Assembly: GCA_017649565.1 (NCBI GenBank)
Contig: JAGCGO010000067.1
Coordinates: forward strand, 15,091-79,090
Length of the DNA: 64,000 nucleotides
Origin: Fibrobacter sp.
Lineage (GTDB): Bacteria > Fibrobacterota > Fibrobacteria > Fibrobacterales > Fibrobacteraceae
Direction of reading: 5' to 3'
Each line of letters opens with the position of its first letter. The first letter of the stretch is position 1. The translations under genes were made by a program, and so were the position numbers. This document shows, piece by piece, positions 37,358 through 48,330 of the stretch. Under the pieces are notes generated by a model, which did no database searches, had not been told where the DNA came from, and saw only the letters and a list, made by a program, of their open reading frames with translations.

Positions 37358-37372
37358 TAGGAAGGTCATTTT

Positions 37373-38659
37373 ATGAAAAACGAACCGAAAGTCAATTTAC
37401 TCGAAGTCTTGAAGGGCGTTGTCGATGCGAAGAACATGGATGATACCGTCGTTATCGGCGCTTTGAAGCAGGCCCTGATCCAGGCTGCCAGGAAGTACCT
37501 TCACATCGAGAAGAAGATCGAAGTGGACATCGACACCGAGTCGAACGAAGTTCACGTGATGCTCCGCGTCGAAGTCGTGGATGACTTCCCGGACTACGAT
37601 CCGAACATGACCGCCGAAGAAGTCGAGGCTATGGACGAAGGCTACATGCTCGTTCCGGAAGCCCAGGAATTTAACGAGGCCGCTCAGGCCGGCGACTTGC
37701 TGGAAATCGAAATTCCGGTGACGGCTTTCGGTCGCCAGGCCATCCAGACCGCAAAGCAGCTTTTGACCCAGCACATCCGCGACGCGGAGCGCCAGAAGAT
37801 CATGGACACCTACCGTGGCCGTATCGGCACGATGGTGAGCGGCGAAGTGCTGCGTCTCGAAGGCCGCAACGTTATCGTTTCTCTTGGCAAGCAGACCGAA
37901 GCCGTGCTGCCGCCGCGTGAACAGATCAGTCGCGAACGTCTCGCCCAGGGTGCTTCCATCAAGGCGGTCATCGCCCGCGTCGAAGAATCCAGCAAGAACG
38001 GCGCACAGGTTGTTCTTTCCCGCGCCAGTGGAGACTTCCTCAAGGAACTCTTCCGCCAGGAAGTTCCGGAAATTTACGAAGGCACCGTCGAGATCAAGGG
38101 TGTCGCTCGCGAACCGGGTCTCCGCGCGAAGATTGCCGTTTACTCCCGCGACGAACATGTGGACCCGGTCGGCGCCTGCGTCGGCATGAAGGGTGCTCGC
38201 GTGCAGACGATTGTCCGCGAACTCGGCAACGAACGCATCGATATCGTCCACTGGAATCCGGACCTCGACGTGTTCATCCAGCGCTCCCTCGCTCCGGCCA
38301 ACATCGTGAAGATGAGCGAAGTCCCGGGCACGCGCCGCGTGGTGGTTGTCATCAACGACGAAAACCTTGCCCAGGCTATCGGCAAGAACGGACAGAATGT
38401 GAAGCTCGCTTCCCAGCTTGTGGAACGCGACCTTGACGTGTTCGGCGAGAAGGAATGGTCCGAGAAGGACGAAGAGGCCAAGGCCCTGGTCATGAAGCCG
38501 CGTCCCAACGAGGTGAACCGCTATGCCCAGATGAAGGCTGATAATTTGTTTGCAAAGGACGAAGCCGCTGCCGAACCCGAAGAGGCCCCGGCCGCCGAAG
38601 CTGTCGAAAGCCCGGCTGTGGAATCCGCTGAAAACGAACAGGCCAATACAGAAGAATAA
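37373..38659 (+). CDS. nusA: Transcription factor NusA
   Basis: FGRQAIQTAKQ, EVPEIY.G, AREPG.RAKIAV, GACVGMKG, AIGKNGQNV. Confidence 0.97.
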   Translation: MKNEPKVNLLEVLKGVVDAKNMDDTVVIGALKQALIQAARKYLHIEKKIEVDIDTESNEVHVMLRVEVVDDFPDYDPNMTAEEVEAMDEGYMLVPEAQEFNEAAQAGDLLEIEIPVTAFGRQAIQTAKQLLTQHIRDAERQKIMDTYRGRIGTMVSGEVLRLEGRNVIVSLGKQTEAVLPPREQISRERLAQGASIKAVIARVEESSKNGAQVVLSRASGDFLKELFRQEVPEIYEGTVEIKGVAREPGLRAKIAVYSRDEHVDPVGACVGMKGARVQTIVRELGNERIDIVHWNPDLDVFIQRSLAPANIVKMSEVPGTRRVVVVINDENLAQAIGKNGQNVKLASQLVERDLDVFGEKEWSEKDEEAKALVMKPRPNEVNRYAQMKADNLFAKDEAAAEPEEAPAAEAVESPAVESAENEQANTEE

Positions 38660-38689
38660 GACGAAAAGGAAATTGGAACAGGCTAATAC

Positions 38690-41600
38690 ATGAGCGAAGA
38701 TCAGATTAAACCAAAGGACTGGGCTGAATCGCATGGCGTCAAAGTAGACGTCGTGATGAAGTTGCTCCGCGATGCCGGCGTAGCTGTGCGTACACACATG
38801 TCGAAGGTGGACGTCGCCGAATACGCAAAGATCGAGGAGGCCGCCGCTGCCGAAAAGCAGAAGCAAGATGCCCGAAACAAGAACCTGAAGAAACCTGCAT
38901 CTTCCGAAACTGCGGAAGCGTCTCCTGCCGCTCCGAAGAAGAAGGATTCTTCTACGGTTACGACCAAGACGAAGCTCGGCCTTACGGCAATTGTGAAGAA
39001 GGCTCCTGCGAAGAAGGCTGCTGCCGCTGCCGAAAAGCCGGCCAAGCCTGCCGCTAAACCTGCCGCGGCCCCCGCTGCTCCGGCTCCTGCCGCTCCTGCT
39101 GCTCCCGCAGCGGCTCCTGCAGCCCCGGCCGAGAAGCCCCAAGTGGTCGAGAAGGCGGCTCCTGCCGCTCCCGCTGCTCCCGCAGCCGCTCCTGCAGCTC
39201 CTGCCGAAAAGCCTCAGGTGGTCGAGAAGGTGGCTCCTGCCGCTCCGGCCCCCGCCGCTTCCGCTGCTCCTGCAGCAAAGCCTGCGGCCCCGGCTCCCAA
39301 GCCCCAGGCCGCTCCTGTCGCTCCGGCTCCCGCAGCCCCCGCTGCGAAGCCCGCCGCACCGGCAGCAGCTCCCACGATGATGACTTCGAACACCGAACTC
39401 AAGCAGCCTCCGATGAAGGCGCAGGTGTTCAAGCCCGATGCCGCGATCCTCGCGCGTATCGAAAAGTCCCGCCAGCAGGCGCAGGCTACCCGCGGAGGCC
39501 ACCGTCCGAACGGTCCTCGCGGCAATGGCAATGCCCAGGGTTACACGGGCACGTTCGGCCGTCTCCAGAATTCCGGTGCCGACAACCGTGGTGACCACGG
39601 CAACCGCCGCCCGAATCAGGGTGGTCAGGGTGGAAACCGTCCGTACGGCGGCAACAACCGCAACAGCGGCTTCTCCAGTGGCTCCATGCAGGAGGCCTTC
39701 AACGCCTCTTCCGCAGGGAACATGGGCTCGTCCATGCAGAACAACAAGGGCGGCAAGGGACAGAACGGTCGTCACGGTAACGACAAGAACCGTCGCGGCA
39801 ACAACAAGGACCGCATGGAACAGCAGAGGGAGCAGCAGCAAGATGCTGTCCGTCAGAATGTTTCGCGCGTGATGGCTGACCTTTCCAAGAAGCCTGTCAA
39901 GAAAGTTTATCACAAGGATCACTCCGACAACTCCACGGGCGAAGAGAAGAAGATTCTCAAGACTTCCGACTTCATCACCGTGGGCGAGCTCGCTGGCCTC
40001 ATGGACCAGATGCCGGCCCGCGTCATTGCGAAGTGCATGGAAATGGGCATGATGGTGACCATCAACGCCCGCCTTGATTTTGAAACCATCCAGCTTCTGG
40101 CCGACGAGTTTGGCTACGAAGCCCAGATGATGGAAGAATACGAAGAAGAAGTCCTCGGCGTCGAAGAGGAATCCAAGGAGAACCTCAAGCCGCGTCATCC
40201 CGTGGTTACCGTCATGGGCCACGTCGACCACGGTAAGACTTCTCTCCTCGACTGGATCCGCAAGACCCACGTGGTGTCCGGCGAATCCGGCGGTATCACG
40301 CAGCACATCGGTGCTTACGAAGTCACGACCAGCCAGGGCAAGGTTACCTTCCTCGATACTCCGGGTCACGAGGCGTTCAGCGCCATGCGTGCTCGCGGTT
40401 CCCAGGTGACCGACGTTATCGTGCTCGTGGTCGCGGCCGACTCCATGGTGATGCCGCAGACTGTTGAATGTATTGAACTCGCCAAGCGCGAAAAGGTTCC
40501 CATGGTGGTCGCCATCACGAAGATCGACCTTCCGACGGCGAACCCGGACAAGATCCGTACGCAGCTTGCCGAACGCGGCGTGGAAGTGGAACAGTGGGGC
40601 GGTTCGACCAGCTGTATCGAAGTTTCCGCTCGTACTGGCCAGGGCATGGACGACCTGCTCGAAACGCTTGCCCTCGAAGCCGAAGTTCTGGAACTCAAGG
40701 CGAACCCGGACGCGCACGCCCGTGGCGCCGTGGTGGAATCCAAGCTCGACGTGGGCAAGGGTTCCATGGCGACCATCCTCGTGCAGAACGGTACGCTCCA
40801 TGTGGGCGACCCGTTCGTTTGCGGTATCTACGCCGGCCGTGTGCGTGCCATGTTCAACGAACGTGGCGAGCAGATGAAGGTCGTGCCCCCGTCTTCTCCC
40901 TGCCAGGTGCTGGGTTTCGACGGTACTCCGCAGGCCGGTGACGACCTCATCGTGGTGGACGACGAAAAGACGGCACGCGAAATCGCGAGCAAGCGCCGCA
41001 TGGCCGCCCGTGAACGCGACCTCCGCGCTCGTAACACCATCACGCTCGAGAACAAGTTTAACGAGAAGAAGGACGGCAAGCTCTCCGAACTCAACCTCAT
41101 CGTCAAGGCCGACGTGGGTGGTTCTGCCGAAGCTCTGGCCGCGTCCCTCGAAAAGCTTACCAACAGGGAAGTCCGCGTGAACATCATCCGCAAGGGTGTC
41201 GGCACCATTACCGAGTCCGATATCTTGTTCGCGACGACCGCCCAGGCTATCATCATTTCGTTCCACCTGATGCCGTCGCTCTCCGTGCGCGAAATGGCCC
41301 AGAAGGAAGGCATCGAAATCCGCAACTACCGCGTGATTTACGACTGTATCGAAGACATCAAGAACGCCGTTGAAGGCCTCCTCAAGCCGACGCTCCGCGA
41401 AGAACTCGTGGGCGAAGCCGAGATCCGCCAGGTGTTCAAGGTGCCGAAGGTCGGCCTTATCGCCGGCTGTATGGTTACAGACGGCGAAGTGGACCGCACG
41501 AGCCTCGTGCGCGTCTACCGCAACGGCGTGGAACTCGGTTCTACCGCGGTGCAGTCTCTGAAGCGCATGAAGGACGACGTCAAGTCCGTCGCTCGTGGCT

Positions 41601-41770
41601 TCGAGTGCGGTATCGGCCTCAAGGGTTACGACGATATCAAGGAAGGCGACAGCCTCATCTTCTTCAAGGAAATCAAGGTGGCACGTACTCTCGAAGACGT
41701 GGCCCGCGAAGAAGCCGAAGAGAAGAAGAAGGCCGAAGCCGCTGCCGCCGCTGCGAAGGGTGCTGAATAA
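38690..41770 (+). CDS. infB: Translation initiation factor IF-2
   Basis: [35 protein letters not shown]. Confidence 0.97.
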   Translation: MSEDQIKPKDWAESHGVKVDVVMKLLRDAGVAVRTHMSKVDVAEYAKIEEAAAAEKQKQDARNKNLKKPASSETAEASPAAPKKKDSSTVTTKTKLGLTAIVKKAPAKKAAAAAEKPAKPAAKPAAAPAAPAPAAPAAPAAAPAAPAEKPQVVEKAAPAAPAAPAAAPAAPAEKPQVVEKVAPAAPAPAASAAPAAKPAAPAPKPQAAPVAPAPAAPAAKPAAPAAAPTMMTSNTELKQPPMKAQVFKPDAAILARIEKSRQQAQATRGGHRPNGPRGNGNAQGYTGTFGRLQNSGADNRGDHGNRRPNQGGQGGNRPYGGNNRNSGFSSGSMQEAFNASSAGNMGSSMQNNKGGKGQNGRHGNDKNRRGNNKDRMEQQREQQQDAVRQNVSRVMADLSKKPVKKVYHKDHSDNSTGEEKKILKTSDFITVGELAGLMDQMPARVIAKCMEMGMMVTINARLDFETIQLLADEFGYEAQMMEEYEEEVLGVEEESKENLKPRHPVVTVMGHVDHGKTSLLDWIRKTHVVSGESGGITQHIGAYEVTTSQGKVTFLDTPGHEAFSAMRARGSQVTDVIVLVVAADSMVMPQTVECIELAKREKVPMVVAITKIDLPTANPDKIRTQLAERGVEVEQWGGSTSCIEVSARTGQGMDDLLETLALEAEVLELKANPDAHARGAVVESKLDVGKGSMATILVQNGTLHVGDPFVCGIYAGRVRAMFNERGEQMKVVPPSSPCQVLGFDGTPQAGDDLIVVDDEKTAREIASKRRMAARERDLRARNTITLENKFNEKKDGKLSELNLIVKADVGGSAEALAASLEKLTNREVRVNIIRKGVGTITESDILFATTAQAIIISFHLMPSLSVREMAQKEGIEIRNYRVIYDCIEDIKNAVEGLLKPTLREELVGEAEIRQVFKVPKVGLIAGCMVTDGEVDRTSLVRVYRNGVELGSTAVQSLKRMKDDVKSVARGFECGIGLKGYDDIKEGDSLIFFKEIKVARTLEDVAREEAEEKKKAEAAAAAAKGAE
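39080..39250 (+). repeat. 75-bp in-frame duplication in the Ala/Pro linker of IF-2
   Basis: EKPQVVEK encoded at 39131 and 39206. Confidence 0.8.
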
Positions 41771-42120
41771 TGAGCCGTCGTACCGACAGGTTGGGCGAAC
41801 TCTTTCGCGAGGAAATCTCCAAGCTCCTGCAGAAGGGCTTGAAGGACCCTCGCGTGGGTTTTGCCACCATCAGCCGCGTGGACATCACCGAAGACCTGAG
41901 CTATGCGAAGGTCCTCGTCTCCGTGATGGGTAGCGAAAAGGAAAAGCGCGACACGCTCATCGGCCTCAAGAATTCGTCGGGGTTCATCCGCCAGTTCCTG
42001 GGCAAGGGCATCAAGATCCGCAAGATTCCCGAACTTTCCTTCGTGCTGGACGAGAACCTCGAGCATGCGATGCGCATCGAAAGCATCCTCGCCGAACTGA
42101 AGCAGAAAGGGGAACTGTAG
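41770..42120 (+). CDS. rbfA: Ribosome-binding factor A
   Basis: R..R....EI, KDPR, DLSYAKV, P.L.F..D. Confidence 0.95.
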   Translation: MSRRTDRLGELFREEISKLLQKGLKDPRVGFATISRVDITEDLSYAKVLVSVMGSEKEKRDTLIGLKNSSGFIRQFLGKGIKIRKIPELSFVLDENLEHAMRIESILAELKQKGEL

Positions 42121-43056
42121 TTGGCCCCTAAATCGACCATTCCCGGTTTTGTCCTGCTGGACAAGGAAGCCGGGGAAACATCATTCAAGGCCCTTTTCCC
42201 GTTGAAAAGGGTCTTTTGTACTAAGCGCGTCGGCCACGCGGGAACGCTTGACCTTCGGGCGTCCGGTCTGATTATCGCCGCGACGGGCCGTGCGACGCGC
42301 CTGCTGCCCTATGTGGAGGCGAAGGAGAAGTGCTACAGCTTCCGCCTGCATTTGGGTTACGAGACGGATACGCTTGAATGGGATGGCGATGTCTTAGAAC
42401 AAGACGAGAGACGAGAGACGAGAGACGAGAGAGTGCTTGACCGCGAGGATGTTGAACGGGTGCTGTCACAGTTCGTGGGCGACATCGAGCAAATCCCGCC
42501 GAAGTATTGCGCCGTGAAGATCAACGGCGTGCGCGCGAGCGACCTCATGGAGCGGGGGAGGAACGTGGAACTCAAGCCCCGCAAGATCCATATCGAGTCG
42601 CTGGAACTGCTTGGCGAGGCCGACGGTGCAGACCCGACATGCACGGGGAAGTGCATGGCCGCCTTCGACCTCGTGTGCGTCTGCTCCAAGGGCACCTACA
42701 TCCGCGCTTTGGGCCGCGACATCGGCCGTGCCCTGGGGACGTTCGGTTGCGTTTCCCGTATCCGCCGACTGCGCATTGGGCACGTGACGCTCGACCGCGC
42801 CGTGAAGGGTGCCGACCTGACTGCCGCCGACCTGGTGCCGGTCGACCAGGTGCTGGAATTCCCCGTGGTGCGCATGGGCGATGCCGAACTGGCTTCCATC
42901 CGCAACGGGAATTGGATCCCGTGGAAGGCTCCGGTCGAAAATGTCGGCCCGGAAGGCCGCGTGTTCGCTGCCAACCGTGACGGCGAAGTGCTAAGTTTGT
43001 GTAAGTACGAGCCGGGGAGAATCCTGGCGGACGTGTATCTGGCCGAAGACGGCTAG
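42121..43056 (+). CDS. truB: tRNA pseudouridine-55 synthase
   Basis: LLDK..G.TS, VGHAGTLD, CSKGTYIR.L.RD.G. Confidence 0.93.
   Translation: MAPKSTIPGFVLLDKEAGETSFKALFPLKRVFCTKRVGHAGTLDLRASGLIIAATGRATRLLPYVEAKEKCYSFRLHLGYETDTLEWDGDVLEQDERRETRDERVLDREDVERVLSQFVGDIEQIPPKYCAVKINGVRASDLMERGRNVELKPRKIHIESLELLGEADGADPTCTGKCMAAFDLVCVCSKGTYIRALGRDIGRALGTFGCVSRIRRLRIGHVTLDRAVKGADLTAADLVPVDQVLEFPVVRMGDAELASIRNGNWIPWKAPVENVGPEGRVFAANRDGEVLSLCKYEPGRILADVYLAEDG
42403..42430 (+). repeat. (GACGAGA)x4 heptamer inside truB
   Basis: Four exact copies; encode DERRETRDER. Confidence 0.9.
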
Positions 43057-43071
43057 TTTTAGGTTATCTGA

Positions 43072-44025
43072 ATGAGTGCGGAAGAAAAGAATTTGAAGGA
43101 TAACGTCGAGCGCCCTGCGGTACGCCGCGCGGTGACGATGGGGAATTTCGACGGTTGCCACATGGGCCACCAGGCGCTCTTCCGTACCCTGAAGGCGGTT
43201 GCCGAGGTGAACGGCCTTGTCCCGACGGTCATTACCTTCGAGCCGCATTCCAACTACGTGCTCTACGGTCCCGGCGATCCGCTGCTGCTGACGACGACCG
43301 AGGAGAAGCGTGAGTTTATCGAGAGTCTCGGCCTCGACTTTTTGGTGCTGCCTTTTACCTCCGAAGTCGCGAAGCTCCCGTTCGACGTTTTTGTGCGCCG
43401 TGAACTCATCGAGAAGCGCGGAGTGTGTTCCATGTTCTTCGGGCACGACCACTGCTTTGGCGCTGGCGGCAAGGGCAACTACGAGACCATCACGCAGGCG
43501 TTTCCCGAGCTTTCGACGGCGATGCTTTCCATCGTGCTGCACAAGGGCGAGCGCGTGAGTTCCTCGGCGGTGCGCAACGCGCTCCTGAACGGCGATGTTT
43601 CGCGTGCCCAGACCTATCTCGGCCGACCCTACCGCCTGTCGGGCACCGTGGTTGTCGGCAAGCGGCTGGGCCATACTATCGGCTTCCCGACGGCGAACCT
43701 CCAGGTGGAACCGTACAAGTTTTTGCCCAAGGGCGGCGTGTACGTCGCGTCGGCGCGTCTCGGCGGTTGCCAGGGCGAAGAACGCATCTTCCGCGCGGTG
43801 GTGAATATCGGTACGCAGCCCTCGGCTCCGGGCAACCATCATCTTGCCATCGAGGCGTACCTGCTCGACTTTGACGAGGATATCTACGGCCAGCACCTTG
43901 CGCTGGACCTGCTTGCCTACTTGCGCCCGGAACAGAAGTTCGCAAGCCTCGAGGATCTTGTACGGCAGATCGGCATGGACGCCGATACCGCGAAAAACTA
44001 TAACGGGAACCATTGGGCCGAATAA
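43072..44025 (+). CDS. ribF: Riboflavin kinase/FAD synthetase
   Basis: GNFDGCHMGHQ, VSSS.VR, G..LG..IGFPTAN, LRPE.KF. Confidence 0.95.
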   Translation: MSAEEKNLKDNVERPAVRRAVTMGNFDGCHMGHQALFRTLKAVAEVNGLVPTVITFEPHSNYVLYGPGDPLLLTTTEEKREFIESLGLDFLVLPFTSEVAKLPFDVFVRRELIEKRGVCSMFFGHDHCFGAGGKGNYETITQAFPELSTAMLSIVLHKGERVSSSAVRNALLNGDVSRAQTYLGRPYRLSGTVVVGKRLGHTIGFPTANLQVEPYKFLPKGGVYVASARLGGCQGEERIFRAVVNIGTQPSAPGNHHLAIEAYLLDFDEDIYGQHLALDLLAYLRPEQKFASLEDLVRQIGMDADTAKNYNGNHWAE

Positions 44026-45425
44026 CCCGGGAGGGAACCGTGCAGCGGATCGTCGATTTTGCGAACGAAAGGAAATGGATTCCCTGCGCCGTCCTCGCGT
44101 TATTCGTTGTCTGTTTCTTCGGCGTGTTCTGCCTTATCCGCTATTCCGACGGGGACGACGCCATCTTCGACGAGATGGTTTCCACGCGCGGTTTCTTCGA
44201 GTATCTCAAGTTCCGTTACGAGACGTGGACCGGTCGCATGGGTGGCGAGTCGATGGTGTACGTCGTGTTCCGCTATGGCGGCATCTGGTTCTGGCGCGTC
44301 GTGAACGCCCTGATGGTCGCGGCCCTGCCGCTCTGCCTCTTGAACCTGTGCTTTATCAGTGCCGGGTGCAGTCTGGCCAGCCCGTGGGAAAAAATCCGTC
44401 TGTTTGTTTTGGCCCTGTCCGGCTACCTGCTGATGGATGTCATGACCTTCGGCCACGCGGCGGTGTGGGTGAACGGTTCCATCTTTTACACGTGGAGCAT
44501 TGTCTGCGGGCTTCTGGCGGCGACACCTGCCGTCAAGAGTGTCTATGCCGGCGGATACCGCAAGTGGGAACTCGCGTATGCCATCCCGCTCGGTGTCGTC
44601 GCCGCGATGTCCATCGAGCAGATCGGCGCCTCCCTTGTCGCCTTTGTCCTGATATCCCTTGTGACCGTATGGTTGCGGCAGCGCCGCATCGATACGGGGC
44701 TTATTGCGCAGGCCGCAATCGTGATGGCCGCCTTTGCCGTTCTTTTTGTAGCTCCGGGCAACGCCTTGCGTGCGGAGGCGGAATACGTGGACTGGCTCCC
44801 TCCCGAATTCAGGAACCTGGGTGCGGGCGGACACATGTTCCTCACGTTCCAGTGGCTCGTCTCTTCGTTCGCGAATGAAGGCCGCCTGTTCTTCCTCGGC
44901 ATCTGGGCGCTCGGCGTGATGCTCTTGCTGCGCCGTGGCGACAAGGATTTCCGCTGGATTGTTCCCGCCGCCGTTTTCGGCGTGACGGCGCTGTTGCCGT
45001 TTGCGCATGTGAACGTCTTTTCGGATGTCGGTCTGTACGGCATCGACCCCGCCGTGCCGCTAACAAAGCTGCCCTCGTGGGAGACAATGACCGTCATGAA
45101 CAAGGTGGCGCTCTTTTGGTGGACCGCCGCGGTCGCCTTCACAGTGCCCTTCCTGTGGAAAGTCTGCAAGTCGCTCCTGCCGCTGCTTGTCTTCGCGGGT
45201 GCGGTCGCGTGCGAATTCGTGATGCATTTCTCGCCGACGATGTACGCGTCGGGCGAACGCGTGTACTACCTGACAAGCATCCTGTTCCTGTTCGTCATCG
45301 TGCGGATGTACATGGCGCTCGATTCCGAAAAGTGGAAAAACGCCTTTGTCGCATCCGCCGTGGTCGCAGGGCTCCTGAACGCCGCAGTCCAGGCATCCGT
45401 AATCCTCTCGAAAATGCAGGGCTAA
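44013..45425 (+). CDS. Polytopic membrane protein, DUF6056/GT-C glycosyltransferase-like
   Basis: DD motif after TM1, RY..W.GR, G...Y.W, APGN..R, SPT motifs. Confidence 0.65.
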   Translation: MGRITREGTVQRIVDFANERKWIPCAVLALFVVCFFGVFCLIRYSDGDDAIFDEMVSTRGFFEYLKFRYETWTGRMGGESMVYVVFRYGGIWFWRVVNALMVAALPLCLLNLCFISAGCSLASPWEKIRLFVLALSGYLLMDVMTFGHAAVWVNGSIFYTWSIVCGLLAATPAVKSVYAGGYRKWELAYAIPLGVVAAMSIEQIGASLVAFVLISLVTVWLRQRRIDTGLIAQAAIVMAAFAVLFVAPGNALRAEAEYVDWLPPEFRNLGAGGHMFLTFQWLVSSFANEGRLFFLGIWALGVMLLLRRGDKDFRWIVPAAVFGVTALLPFAHVNVFSDVGLYGIDPAVPLTKLPSWETMTVMNKVALFWWTAAVAFTVPFLWKVCKSLLPLLVFAGAVACEFVMHFSPTMYASGERVYYLTSILFLFVIVRMYMALDSEKWKNAFVASAVVAGLLNAAVQASVILSKMQG

Positions 45426-46408
45426 TCGATTAGGTCGTTCTGGAAACGGGACAGGTGTTCGAACGGCAAGATTTGCCGGCCTCTGAACAGCCCGCAGCCG
45501 TCGTTGATGAGGTGGTTGTTTATCGCCTTGAACATGTTCACGTCAATATTCGCGAGCTCGAGTTCCTGTAGCTTCGTGAGGCGTTCGTAGGCCTCGTCGA
45601 AGTAGATGCACTCGCCGCTGGGAATCTGGTCGCGCTTGGTGCGCCTCGTTTCCTGCAACTTCTCGTAGCCAAAGTGGTTCGCCTCGCCAATCTCGGCGAA
45701 GTCGTCCATGTCCTTGGTACGCAGCTGCAGTTCCGTATAGCAGCGGGCAAGGTTGTCGTAAAATGTTATATGCAACGACTGATATCCCGAACTTCTCGGG
45801 GTTTCCACCGAGTCGTGATAGTACGGCCGGACGGAATCCTTGAGCAGGTCGCTGTGCCCGCCGTCCCCGTGCCTGGAAATCTCTGCGGTAAAGCCGCGCT
45901 CCTCGAGGAATTCGGGCATGACGTTCGCGATTTCGTACAGGTATTTCCGTTCCACTTCGCTCCGCTCTTCGCCCTTCTTGATATGGCATACCGGCATCGA
46001 GATGACGATGCGGTAGGCGATGAGGTCGCGGAAGTTCAGCTTGCTCTTTATCTCCGCCTCGGTCGGGAACTTCCCGTTTTTCGTGTAATAGTCGTAGATG
46101 TATTCAAGGATGTATCCGTTGAACTTCTCTTCGGCGCGGATCAGCGACTTTATGCGGCCCTTGAAGGTGAAGGCGAGGAAGGGGTACTCCCTGGTCATAA
46201 ACTTGTAGAATTCCTTTATCCTCTGCGACTGCGAAGTCAAGAAGTCGTTGTGCTCGAGCAGGTCGATAATCTGCAGAAGAAAATTCGAATGGACAAGGTC
46301 GACGTTGTTGCGCGTCTCCTTGGCGCTGTTCCTGAGATCGTTCGAATACTGGTGCAGAATCTTCAACACCGTGTTTCCGGAAAAGAGATAGTCGTTCAGA
46401 GTAATCAT
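45422..46408 (-). CDS. RelA/SpoT-synthetase-domain protein (small alarmone synthetase-like)
   Basis: GRIKS, RDLIAYRIV, SGYQSLH, ELQLRT motifs; no HD hydrolase domain. Confidence 0.82.
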   Translation of the reverse strand: MITLNDYLFSGNTVLKILHQYSNDLRNSAKETRNNVDLVHSNFLLQIIDLLEHNDFLTSQSQRIKEFYKFMTREYPFLAFTFKGRIKSLIRAEEKFNGYILEYIYDYYTKNGKFPTEAEIKSKLNFRDLIAYRIVISMPVCHIKKGEERSEVERKYLYEIANVMPEFLEERGFTAEISRHGDGGHSDLLKDSVRPYYHDSVETPRSSGYQSLHITFYDNLARCYTELQLRTKDMDDFAEIGEANHFGYEKLQETRRTKRDQIPSGECIYFDEAYERLTKLQELELANIDVNMFKAINNHLINDGCGLFRGRQILPFEHLSRFQNDLID

Positions 46409-46542
46409 ACACGAAGAAATATAACTAAACGAATCCCAAATTCCGCAGTGGAGTCGGAAGTATTTTTTACCGACCGAATTCGGTTTTACATTTCTTGGAA
46501 GAGAATTTTCTTGAACGACATGTTTTGTAAAAACATGTGCCG

Positions 46543-47328
46543 TTATGCGTCGCGGGTGAAGTCCTGCTGCATGTTGAAGCTGGGCATCTCGTCGTGCGGG
46601 TGGCCGACTTCGACGGCGGGGACTCCGGCGAACGTTGTATGTGCCGGCACATCGCAGAGGACCACGGCACCGGCGCCAATCTTCGCGCCGTCGCCAATCT
46701 TGATGTTCCCCAGGAGCTGTGCGTGTGCGCCGAGCATGACACCGTTGCCGATTTTCGGGTGACGGTCGCCGACTTCGTTGCCTGTACCGCCCAGCGTGAC
46801 GCCGTGCAGGAAGCTTACGTTGTTCCCAACGACTGCGGTCTCGCCGATGACGATGTTCGTGGCATGGTCAATCAGGAGCCCGTGCCCGATCTTGGCGGCA
46901 GGGTGGAAGTCCATGCCGAACTTGCGGCTGATGATGTTCTGGAGCATCTTGGCCGGGAAACGCCTGTCTTCGAGCCAGAGCGCATGCGCGGCTCGGTAGG
47001 CCTGCAATCCCTGGAAACCCTTGAACAGCAGGAGCGGCTCGAGGTAGCTGGTGCACGCGGGGTCGCGGAGAACGGTCGCGTTCAGGTCCTTGCAGGCGGA
47101 AACGAGGAGTTCGGGGTACTTGACGTACATCGAGCTGAAAATGGCTTCCAGCTCCGCGCGGTCGACGACTTCGCCGGCCAATTGACAGGCGAGGGTAACG
47201 GAAAGCATGTCCGCAAAGTCCTTGCGGTTTAGAACTTGTTCCTCGAGCATCCGTTTGGAGAAGGGCTCGTTCTTGACCAGTTCCTGGGCCTCTTCGCGGA
47301 GGCGCGTTTCCATTTCGTCGATTTTCAT
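46543..47328 (-). CDS. cysE: Serine O-acetyltransferase
   Basis: RDPA, FKGF, DFHPAA.IG.G..IDHAT.IVIGET, GVTLGGTG..DRHPKIG. Confidence 0.95.
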   Translation of the reverse strand: MKIDEMETRLREEAQELVKNEPFSKRMLEEQVLNRKDFADMLSVTLACQLAGEVVDRAELEAIFSSMYVKYPELLVSACKDLNATVLRDPACTSYLEPLLLFKGFQGLQAYRAAHALWLEDRRFPAKMLQNIISRKFGMDFHPAAKIGHGLLIDHATNIVIGETAVVGNNVSFLHGVTLGGTGNEVGDRHPKIGNGVMLGAHAQLLGNIKIGDGAKIGAGAVVLCDVPAHTTFAGVPAVEVGHPHDEMPSFNMQQDFTRDA

Positions 47329-47424
47329 AGCGCGTACAAATATAGAAATCAACAAGCGCGACTGCGGGAAAATTGCCGTAAAAACGCCCTGTTTGGGAAT
47401 TTTTTCTAAATCTCGCGCATTATG

Positions 47425-47985
47425 CTACTCTGCAGCAATGTCCATCAGGTCGTAGTACATCAGGCGCGTGTGCGGATCGTCGTCTTCGGCGTTCATGAAC
47501 CGGAAGCCGTTCTTCACGTAGAACGGAACCGCATCAAGATAGGCGTCCACCGTCAAGAACCGGCAGCCAGTCTTGTTGATTCTCGTGAACATCCATTTGA
47601 TGTAATCAAGCATTCCCGATCCAATCTGATTGCCCTTTGCTGAGGTGTCGACACCAAGGCGGCACAACTTGACCGCAGGATAGCTTTTCAAACGTTTTTC
47701 GTTTGGAAAACCGCGTTTCTTGCGAAAACGGTTGAATTCTGTCTTGTCTTTGAAGTCGCTCGTGGAAACCTTGTCATTGGCAAGGCTGCAATAAGCATGG
47801 ACTTTACCCGTTTGATAATCAACACAGGCGTAACTTACTGCTAGCAAGTATTTCTGGAATTCGTGAGCGCGATTGAGAATGAAATCATTCAGGTCTTTGT
47901 CGCCACAGTCAAATTCTCTTATTGCCTTAGACGAGTCCAAACGAATAAAATCAAGATGATTCTTATCTACACTTGCCTGAACCAC
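47425..47985 (-). CDS. GNAT acetyltransferase toxin
   Basis: FDCGD.DLNDF, YPAVK..RLGV, GCRFLTVDAY, FY.KNGF. Confidence 0.85.
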   Translation of the reverse strand: MVQASVDKNHLDFIRLDSSKAIREFDCGDKDLNDFILNRAHEFQKYLLAVSYACVDYQTGKVHAYCSLANDKVSTSDFKDKTEFNRFRKKRGFPNEKRLKSYPAVKLCRLGVDTSAKGNQIGSGMLDYIKWMFTRINKTGCRFLTVDAYLDAVPFYVKNGFRFMNAEDDDPHTRLMYYDLMDIAAE

Positions 47986-48185
47986 GGGTCAATACCTCCG
48001 TTGGCCGCTTCGCGGGCACGCATTCTCGCCATGCCACGTTCATAAGCCTTCTTGAAGATTTCGTAATTCCGCTGGATGCGGGCGCGAACTTCCGGAGGTT
48101 CCGGGTGCCGCTCTTCCATACGGGCTAAAAACCGGCGAGCGTCCTCGCCGAACAAAATCGGGGTCTCTCGAATATCGCGAGCCAT
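47967..48185 (-). CDS. Probable antitoxin of the GNAT toxin
   Basis: MAR.I.ETPIL.GEDARRF motif; GAGG RBS; overlaps the toxin start. Confidence 0.75.
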   Translation of the reverse strand: MARDIRETPILFGEDARRFLARMEERHPEPPEVRARIQRNYEIFKKAYERGMARMRAREAANGGIDPWFRQV

Positions 48186-48330
48186 GTTTCCTCTTTTGTT
48201 ATGAGTCCATATATCAATCAGGCCGAAAGGCCAAGCGGCAACCGTCAATTTGGTTCCGTTGATAAATATACATAAGTACGAATTGAAAAGCAAGAGGGCC
48301 AAAGGCGTGGCTAGCCCTAACGCGAAGATG

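Noticed and set aside
37397-41266. 1289-aa antisense ORF over nusA-infB
   Set aside because: Shadow of strongly biased codon usage in highly expressed genes; no protein motifs
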